Shown here in pieces: positions 30,701 to 38,000 of a DNA stretch of 64,000 nucleotides; within the stretch, counting starts at the first letter, position 1, and the number at the start of each line of letters is the position of its first letter. This DNA is from Dehalococcoidia bacterium (lineage in GTDB: Bacteria > Chloroflexota > Dehalococcoidia > Lucifugimonadales > Lucifugimonadaceae). A program made the position numbers and the translations under genes. Under the pieces are notes generated by a model that saw only the letters and a program-made list of their open reading frames with translations, searched no databases and was not told the DNA's origin. Location: positions 1,366,837-1,430,836 of the forward strand of contig OZ240225.1 in the NCBI GenBank assembly GCA_965197765.1, read 5' to 3'.

Positions 30701-31369
30701 GGTGATCGTGTGCTCGCGTGCGTCGCGCGGTTTCAAGACCTCGCGACTGGGGCTGAACTGCTGATCGCCAGACTTCCAGCGGACTTTGAAACCTGTCAGC
30801 GCCGAATCGCCTATGTCAAGGCCATCGAAGTAGGAGCCGGGCGGCAGGAACCAGGTGATGGTTAGAGATCCATCGCCTTCGTCGGGCGACAGTAATGTGG
30901 GCGGGTCCGGGTTCGCGGCCGTATAGAACGTCTCCTGTCGCACGTTTTGGAACCCGGCGTCCAATGAGAATTCGATTTCGTACTCGGAATCTTCGGTGAG
31001 TCCGCTCAAGTCGAAAGTCGCCTTGTTGCCAGCGGTAGTTTGCGACGGCGCCGCATTCCAACTTCCCGCGTCCGGCGGCGTCCGAAAGCGCGCGTAAACC
31101 GTCACGCTAGCCCCTTGGGGGTTGGCGAACTCGATTTCGACTCGCGCGGTCGTTTTCATGACGTTGGTGAAAACGACCGTCGCTTGCGTCAACGTGGCGG
31201 CCTGGGCGTCGGCGGGCGCAGCAACGAATAGCGCCAAGAGCGTTGCCGCCAGAGCTACCAGCGAAACCAGCACCAACGGTTTTCTGGTCGAAGATCGTAA
31301 TTTCGCAGATTCGCGCACGCTTGAACTCGACGAACCTTCGACGGCACTATTCAAGGTTCCACTTACCAT
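27749..31369 (-). CDS. LPXTG-anchored cell-wall protein with many fibronectin type III-like domains
   Basis: Signal peptide ...LVALAATLLALFVAAPADAQA. At least 4 canonical FN3 units (e.g. LTVNWMAPNAGGFPITRYTVQWKSG...GLTNGTEYMVQVFA) alternate with a second FN3-like type. The C-terminus is PETPETPETDDEALPGTGG, a hydrophobic helix, then RRSPA. The start could be TTG 31402 or ATG 31369. Confidence 0.8.
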   Translation of the reverse strand: MVSGTLNSAVEGSSSSSVRESAKLRSSTRKPLVLVSLVALAATLLALFVAAPADAQAATLTQATVVFTNVMKTTARVEIEFANPQGASVTVYARFRTPPDAGSWNAAPSQTTAGNKATFDLSGLTEDSEYEIEFSLDAGFQNVRQETFYTAANPDPPTLLSPDEGDGSLTITWFLPPGSYFDGLDIGDSALTGFKVRWKSGDQQFSPSREVLKPRDAREHTITGLENGRRYTYAVVAVAPHGETQSTEFMGTPMAIPMVSDVSIDPETITNVEAVVKVTTVDLPLGTTPIYLRHKQSSDTVFPLPVSQDANPNQLEVTFALTGLTQGVTYDVEASLSENFDAGVASTSFDTDDVPAAPVVSIIPGHERLRVNWTVDDRGSPITVLTIKWTNVNTGVAADLVALNLDATTSLISSLENEIPYRVEVQAENEYGQGAVGEATATPVEGPSIDMVTTLETTQTTAKLRVQLANVDATPLTIRLEYSASGTDDVNVLTSEPSSGAIFDFDLTGLLGNTRYFVRAFIEGPAEIGFGMTFTTRRSAPLAPDVNIEHGDRQLTVNWMAPNAGGFPITRYTVQWKSGNESYSSSRQKTTDATGRSVVIDGLTNGTEYMVQVFANNQQFGNGTPTELKATPSTEPRSASANPAITACDNSLRLSWLAPVDNGGSPITYYTIQWKSGQEDYDDMAAPPREHITRSSTQMFTLSSLVNGTTYAFRILATNRDGDAMDAGGNPLWSEDVTGTPREGICISAVGFGNILSQSAPVIIEVADATPGSKVYMRYRQADSDEWSESQIATLSGDATSVTLDATDLIPDTVYEVQASLAQGFDSELTARAFFKTGPAPPSGTVRGGGAFSRILRIEPSITSLTVSEGDTVRLSVDVYGRQGLFDNNLADRAPDEGRPAFTWRAQAGSLSEADIRQQWRNGEADDREVVFTAPATAGQFAVTASLEKAGTCQGAGSDESIEDQQARCSATINVTVRRRSAAAPERRVPVNPQGDIPEVLTDSEGTAYAVFTPEEGGTFTGEGYSLSAGPGAVTNGEFIGISVAPSGAASNAGMTWHRYTLGGSAYAISVVNAAGQRISTYALQEPVSVCLPLPDEIRTKIADVVVAASDDVRGLTVLATTVKLSDTQVLACGAISTLPARVAVGTVGAPEEPIPETPETPETDDEALPGTGGFAPMETLLLLLALAGTAVFTSGAIIAVRRSPA

Positions 31370-31412
31370 CCGATTCGCAATTACACGCCAAACGATAATC
31401 AACGATATTCGT

Positions 31413-31472
31413 TTTGGTAAGTGTCAAATCACACTCATTTAGGACGAAAACTGTTTGCTCTAAAAGAGAGTG
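31413..31472 (-). promoter_or_regulatory. Copy A of recurring upstream motif (CACYCTC-N4-AGAGCAAAC ... GAGTGTGATTTGACACTTACCAAA)
   Basis: Lies 44 nt upstream of the FN3 gene ATG and is co-oriented with it. Nearly identical to the 3' half of copy B (50165..50228). Confidence 0.5.
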
Positions 31473-31683
31473 ACTTTGCAACTTCGCCGGTGTAAACGCC
31501 CGTGCAGACACAACCGATGTGGGCTCGATTAGCGTCGACCGCGGGCAAAAAAGATGGCGAAGGCGTGGTTTACGCCAGGCCCGACGACCGGTTGCTGAAT
31601 CGTGGTCGGCGGCCCCGTGAATGCAGTTCGCGACAACCGGGGGTCATAGTCAGTGCCATCACCATCCGATATAGCCCGCGTGG

Positions 31684-32340
31684 TCAGTCATCCAGCAGAC
31701 CGCTACGCACGGCCCAGACCACGATCTCCTGCTTCGATTCGACGCCCAGCTTCACCTGTATGTTGTAGACGGCGTTTCGGATGGTGACCGGCTTGACTCC
31801 CCGGTCCGCCGCGATCGTCTTGTACGGCTTGCCACGACAGAACGAAATCAGTATCTCCCGTTCTCTCTTGGTCAGCGCGTCTGGCTCGTTTCCCAATCCC
31901 GCCCCGCTGCGTATCCCGGCGAAGACTCGCCTCACCACCTCGGTCGGCAGAGGCATCTCGTCCGAAGCCACGACCCTGACTGTGTTCAGGAGCCGATCCA
32001 TCCCTGACACCTTCTGAAGGTAAGCGGTCGCACCGGCGGCCACCGCCTCTACGACGGCGTCCTCCTCCGTCGAGGACGTAAGCATTATCACCCTCGTGTC
32101 GGACCGGGTCTCGATGATCTCCCGGCACGCATCTACGCCGTCCATTCCGGGCATCAAGACGTCCATGACGATCACGTCGGGCGACAATTCGGCGGCGGCT
32201 TTCACGGCCTCCTCGCCGTCCTTGGCGTGCCCCACCACCTCGAACTCCCCGGACTGCTCCAACATCACATGAAGGCCTTGCCGCACGATCGAATGATCGT
32301 CTGCGAGCAGCACCTTTGTCCTTCGATCCCGTTTCGACAT
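31684..32340 (-). CDS. Response regulator, NarL/FixJ (LuxR-type HTH) family
   Basis: REC domain (VLLADDHSIVRQGL...VIVMDVLMPGMDG) plus LuxR HTH (LTKREREIL...KTIAADRGVKPVTIRNAVYNIQVKLGV). Confidence 0.9.
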   Translation of the reverse strand: MSKRDRRTKVLLADDHSIVRQGLHVMLEQSGEFEVVGHAKDGEEAVKAAAELSPDVIVMDVLMPGMDGVDACREIIETRSDTRVIMLTSSTEEDAVVEAVAAGATAYLQKVSGMDRLLNTVRVVASDEMPLPTEVVRRVFAGIRSGAGLGNEPDALTKREREILISFCRGKPYKTIAADRGVKPVTIRNAVYNIQVKLGVESKQEIVVWAVRSGLLDD

Positions 32341-32341
32341 C

Positions 32342-33517
32342 CTATCGTTCCTTTCTTACACGGTCGATGGGCACGACGCAGGTCACGCACGCCCCCCCGT
32401 CCGGTCCCCGGGGCTCGACGTCAAGGCGTCCGCCCAATCGCTCGGCGTGCGCCCGCATGTTGGTGAAGCCGTGGCCTTTCTCCTCGTAGCCGTCGGGGAG
32501 TCCCGCCCCGTCGTCCGACACCGACAGTCTGAGTTCATGCGGTCCGAAGTCGAGTCCGACCTGCACTTTGCTCGCCCCGGCATGTCGGAAAGCGTTGGCG
32601 AGAGCGTTGTGCGCTATGGCGAACAGCAGGCTTCTGGCCTCGATCGGAAGCGGCGGCTCGGTCCCGTTCTGGGTCAGCATCGCCGACACCGCCGTCACGG
32701 ACGTGAACGTCGCGACGTGCGAGTTCAGGGTCCGGCCCAGCTCCCGACCTTCGAATATGCGGCCCATGTCCACCAGGTGCCTCAAATCCCAGATGGCGGT
32801 CTTCGACAGCAGCGACGTCGTTTCCAGTCTGGCTGCGAGCTCCTTGTTGGAGTCTCCAGCCACCTCCTTCGCCGCGTCGATGCCCAAACCGATCATGTAC
32901 GCTGACTGAGACGCCGTGTCATGAATGGCCTGCGACAGCTCGATCCGTTCCCGTTGCAGCTCTCCTTCTCTTGCCATCGCCGCTCTTGCCCGTCGCCGCT
33001 GGAACCGGGTTATGAAGTTAATCGCGAGGACTACCCCGAACATCGCGACCACCCTAGAAAAAAGCATCTTCTCATTTATTCCGTCGAAAGCCATGCCCGA
33101 GCCGACGGTCAAGCTCACGCCGCCGTAAATGCCGGCGGTCATCGTAGTCCAGGTGAGATTCAACAGGACGGAGGTGAAAACGGCGGCAAAAGCGGCGAGG
33201 GCGGGATAGTAAGGAAGGAACAGGAAAGTGTCGAACCCCCCATCGACGACGACGCTGGCCGTGATCAGAGTTATGTCCATGGCACTCAGGACAAGCAGGT
33301 GGCGCCATGTCACCCTGCGCCGAGTGATCAGACGGTAGTGCACGTAGCCGTTGAGTGCAACAAGCGGCACGTGCATGAGCATGAACGGAATGTATTTAGC
33401 ATACGTGAACGCTGGCCGATAGACGAGTTCGATCACGGCGCCGACCCAGAACAGCCAGCGTATCCACACCGTGATTTTTGCAGCGTACGATGCCTCGTCC
33501 GGATCGAGCCAGAACAT
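32342..33517 (-). CDS. Membrane sensor histidine kinase (HisKA_3 / NarX-type)
   Basis: About 6 TM segments, then the H-box AIHDTASQS and an HATPase region (NALANAFRHAGA...DDGAGLP...GHGFTNM). Stop abuts the RR start. Start placed at Met54 of the track ORF; uncertain. Confidence 0.8.
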   Translation of the reverse strand: MFWLDPDEASYAAKITVWIRWLFWVGAVIELVYRPAFTYAKYIPFMLMHVPLVALNGYVHYRLITRRRVTWRHLLVLSAMDITLITASVVVDGGFDTFLFLPYYPALAAFAAVFTSVLLNLTWTTMTAGIYGGVSLTVGSGMAFDGINEKMLFSRVVAMFGVVLAINFITRFQRRRARAAMAREGELQRERIELSQAIHDTASQSAYMIGLGIDAAKEVAGDSNKELAARLETTSLLSKTAIWDLRHLVDMGRIFEGRELGRTLNSHVATFTSVTAVSAMLTQNGTEPPLPIEARSLLFAIAHNALANAFRHAGASKVQVGLDFGPHELRLSVSDDGAGLPDGYEEKGHGFTNMRAHAERLGGRLDVEPRGPDGGACVTCVVPIDRVRKER

Positions 33518-33804
33518 CTGCAGGACCCGCGTCTGTATTGCACCGAACGCTACCTTCACCGAATACCGACCCCTACTCCAACACGCGATCCGACATGGGT
33601 GCGAGGCGACGCCACAGACTGTACAGATGAGAAACGTCCGTCGGTGGAACTGGCTCGCCCTCAGCCTTGGCGTCACCCGTTATATCAGCCCTGCTGACAC
33701 CGGAACTGGATCGCCAGGCATGAAGGTCGACGGCCTGCAGCCCGACGAGCTGCGAGTCTGCTTGTACCGTTCGGTAGGAATCCTCGCCTGATGCGACATG
33801 TGGA

Positions 33805-35013
33805 CGGTCTGCCTGTCGATAGGGTCGTACGTGCGGCGTGTGCATGACCCCAATCTACCCCCCGCCTGTTGTGCACGCAAGAGCACTTTATACCTGTCAT
33901 ATGGACATAAACACCCTCTACGAGAGCAAACAATTCGCGGCACCAAGAGTGGGTCTGGCACTTGTCGATTCGATGAATAGTCGTTGTTTTTTCATGTGCA
34001 AACCGAACTGCCGATGAGCGGGTTATCAGACTGACACGTCAAGGGCGGGAGCCGATTGACACGGCCAATCCATTCCGAAGAGTCGTCAATGCGGCATTCT
34101 GCTCGACGTGGAAATATGCTGAAGCGATAATCAAGGCTCGATGCGTAATATGTGAAGCCCGTAAGGTCATGGCTTTGAAGCCGACATGAACCCGTCGCGA
34201 CCTTCAATGTGCGCTGGACTTGAACTTCAATTTGACTTGACCTAATCCTTTACCAGCAATTGCGAAGACGACATGTATGTCCCTGAGGTCTTCACTATGA
34301 TCCCGACCTATGCGCCAAGCATCCGCGGGCGTTTGTGATTCGTCGGACGCGCCGCCGAGCCAGCAATTGAACGGCTGATTCACAGTATTTTCTTCGAGAG
34401 CACGTTTTACCTCTCGAAATTGCAAAACACTCTCTTTAAGATCAAACGTTTTGAATCAGCAAATATGTTTCTTGGTACTTTCCGAGACGACCTCTGGTCT
34501 TTACGATTTAAGCCTTATGACGCATCAGGTGGAGATCTAGGCCCATGCCGCGCAACTATAGGATGGACGGAAACCGTGTCTGTCGGCCCGAAATCGGCGA
34601 GCAGATGGCGGAGGTTTCGACCCCGCATCGGAACATCGCGAATACAAACGCGACAGATGCTGTGTCGGCGCCGTGGCCGCTGGGGCCGCTGTCCATCGGT
34701 GTTGCGGCAGCTGTCGCGACGACCGCGCCCACCGGCGGCACGCCCATCGGCGATTACGGAAAACCGACGCATCTGTGGTATCGGTCCCGGAACGTCTCCA
34801 AACACCTGTCAACCGTTCGTAAGCCGTTTCGCAGTTCGGCGCTCGAACCAGCAGATGCAGGTGCCCAACGCGCCTGCCTGTTCGCACAACCAACTGCTGT
34901 GGAGCTCAAAACGCCAATTGCGCGCGAGAACAGACATTCCGGCAAGGGTAAAAAACCGAGAAAAAGCATCACGACGAGAAATCGGATCGTCGGACAAGTG
35001 AAACCGATTAATT
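33805..35013 (+). repeat. Leader block copy 1 (about 1.2 kb, duplicated at 57159..58357)
   Basis: Colinear by eye with copy 2, roughly 85-90 % identity with small indels and several perfectly conserved stretches, e.g. a 68-nt run GGCATTCTGCTCGACGTGGAAATATGCTGAAGCGATAATCAAGGCTCGATGCGTAATATGTGAAGCCC. Ends 50 nt before the first giant ORF. Confidence 0.85.
34204..34425 (-). CDS. Small ORF inside leader copy 1 (73 aa), unknown function
   Basis: Open in copy 1 (…VKRALEENTVNQPFNCWLGGASDESQTPADAWRIGRD...HVVFAIAGKGLGQVKLKFKSSAH). The colinear frame in copy 2 keeps register but has three in-frame stops. Confidence 0.3.
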   Translation of the reverse strand: MQFREVKRALEENTVNQPFNCWLGGASDESQTPADAWRIGRDHSEDLRDIHVVFAIAGKGLGQVKLKFKSSAH

Positions 35014-35063
35014 GATCGAGACCTCGGTCGTCGCCGCGACATCGTAGCGAAGGACCTTAACTG

Positions 35064-38000
35064 ATGAAGATTTTCCGACGTTTCGACGCGCTCCTGCTTA
35101 TCGCCTTTGCGATCGGGCTGACGGCCGTCGCCGTCCTGCCGCTCATCCCCTGGGTCGTCGACGCCCAGACGACGAACCAGTCCGCCACCGGCCGGCCCAG
35201 GGTCCTGGCTGCCGCGCAAGGCGCAAGCATCCTGTTCGCCGACACTGAGGGCATCAACGACGGGAACGGACTCTCCTTTGAAGAAATCGCTACTAATGCT
35301 CCCATCAGGTTCAACTGGTCCTACCAGTGGATCCGGGTCGACGGCGACTCCGAGACGAACGTGGGCGCCGACTCGGCCAGTTACCATCCTGTCCAAGCCG
35401 ATGTCGGCAAGCGGATCAAGGTGAAAGTCTCGTTCACGGACGGGGCCAACTACTCGGAGTCTCGGACCAGCCTGCCGTTCGGCCCGATCGCCGAAGTGGT
35501 CGGCACGACGCAGCTCCCGTTCGTGCTGGTCACCAACAGAGAAGAGGGTACATTAACCACGGCGAACATCACCCAGCAGTACGCCATCGGCTTCAAGCTG
35601 GGAGATCACGGCCGGGGCTATGAAATCTCCAGCGTCATCATCGGCCTCGCCGCGGCCCCGTCCAGTCTGACCGTCTCCCTGTGGAGCGGCGGCCATTCAG
35701 AGGCCTTTCAATCCAATAACGCGAGCAAGCTATTCGACTTTGCCAACCCGGCCTCCTTCGCCGTCGGCAACAACGAGTTCACGGCCCCGGCGGGCGCGTT
35801 CGCGTACCAGAACTTCAACTACTTCGTCGTGCTGTCGGGTTTCGGCTCCTCCCTGTCCATCCTGGAGACGTCGGACAACGAGGAGGGGGACGAAGGCGTG
35901 TCGGGGGCCATCATCTACGACGATGCGGCCGTCCGGGATTTGACCGCCACTGGACGATGGGCAATTTCCGAAGATCGCACCAGCGTGTTGGAACTGACCG
36001 TCATGGGCTCGAAGCGAGGTCACGGCATCATAGCTTCGAACTATGCCCAACCCTTCATCGACGATAAGGGCACTGTTGACACTATGGACGACACGGGTGG
36101 TGACCAAGAGATCGTATCGGTGGGCGACACGGGCGGTATCGGGATCGAACTCGGAGCAGCGGACCGCTACCTCATCCGCGGTGTTTCCTTCAACTCGGAC
36201 GACACAACACCAAGTAACGGCGGCTTTACCAACCCGTTCTCCCTGCGCTCGGGTACCTTGACGGGCGCCAAGCAGTTCAGCCTGGTCAATACACGTAACG
36301 TACCCGGCCTGCCGGTTTGGACGGCTCCGCGAGGTGCAACCGTGGCAGGAGGGTGCACTACGAGCATGGGTGTGGAGACATGCAAAAAATACGTCTTCGA
36401 CCAGATGGGCAATATTGGCTCTGATACTGGCGACGTAAAGAAACGGAGACGAATTAGCATCTTAACCCGCTATTCAAGCGCCGAATCCGACGGCGTTGAC
36501 AGCCCGGCGGCGGCGGGCGTGAGCTTCACCGGCGCAACAGATGATATAGAAGCAGACGACCCGTACATGGCCCTTCTCGGCGAGCCGCTCCACGCGATGG
36601 TGCAGAACCTGGGCCAGGCCGACGACGGTTACCGTTCCGTCGGCGGCGCCAACAGAAAGGTGTTGTCGCAGGGCTTCACGACCGGCTCCAACGTGTCCTT
36701 GCTGCAGGGCATCGGCGTCAACATCGAAGGCTCCGGCAGCAGCTTCCCTGACGGGCCGACCTCCGTGTCGGTTGCCGTGCACGCCGATTCGGGCGGGAAG
36801 CCGGGCGCAAAGCTCTTCGACCTCGTCAGTCCCGACGAGTTCGCGGCCGGCCACAGCTTCTTCGAGGCGCCACCGGGAACGACTCTGGCGCCCAACACCT
36901 CTTATGTGGTGGCGTGGAGGCATATCGGCGGCACTGTGCACAGGATGCGGAAGACCTCGAGCAACGGCGAGGACACGGGCGCGCTGTCAGGCTTCAGCTT
37001 GGCGAACACGTTCTATCAGGGCGTCGACCTTGACAACATGGCAGCGGACCCGGGCAGCGATGTGTTGGAGATCGCGGTATACAGAAGCAGGAAAGTGCCC
37101 AACGCCACCGGCCGGCCGAGAGTCTTGGCTTCCCCGGAAGGCACCGGAATTCTGTTCGCCGACCCTGCGCGCATCAAGGATACCGACGGGCTGCCCTTCG
37201 CGTTCGACGGCCCGACCATGAGTGTGGTCCGGCTTCGCCTGTACTATTACCAGTGGATCCGGGTTGACGCCGAGACCGCTGCGGAGACCCTCGTCGGTGT
37301 CGACTCGCCGAGCTACCAGCGTGTCGACGCCGATGTCGGGCACCTGATGAAGGTGCGGGTGTCGTTCTTCGACCAGGCCGGCGCCTTTGAGAGTTTGACC
37401 AGCCTGCCGTTCGGCCCGGTTCACGGAAGACCGGCGCTGCTGCGGGAGTCGACGCTGGTCGCCAACACGGGCCAGTCTGCGTCGGCCGAGGAGGAGATCA
37501 CCGGGCAGTACGCCATGGGGTTCCGGCTGGGCGGTCACGGCCAAGGCTACGAGATCTCCAGCGTCTCAATCGATCTGGCCGCGGCGCCGTCGAGCCTGAC
37601 CGTGTCGCTGTGGGCCGGCGGCCGTGAAGGGATGCCAGGCAGCGATCGCACGAGTTACAAGCTGTTCGACTTCGCGAACCCGTCGTCCTTTCGGGTGGGG
37701 CTGAACGAATTCACGGCTCCCGGAGGGGCATTCGCGTACCAGAACGTCAACTACTACATCGTGCTGTCGGGTTTCGGCGCCTCGCTAAAGATCAAAGAGA
37801 CGACGTCTAACAATGAGGATTCGGGCGGCGAGACGGGAGCCGTCATCTTCGACAGCGCGAGAACCCGGGGGTTGCATTTGACCGGAGTCTGGCGCAGTTC
37901 CACCTCGCGCAGCAGCGTGCTGCGAATGGCCGTGAAGGGCTCGCAGCGCGAGCGCGGCATCCTTATCGCGAACTACGCCCAGGCCGCCAAAGATGAATTG

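Noticed and set aside
33992-34207. 71-aa minus-strand ORF in leader copy 1, and the long 56847-57485 ORF in copy 2
   Set aside because: The two copies differ by a 2-nt indel inside this stretch, so the reading frame is not preserved between copies. The composition is not protein-like.
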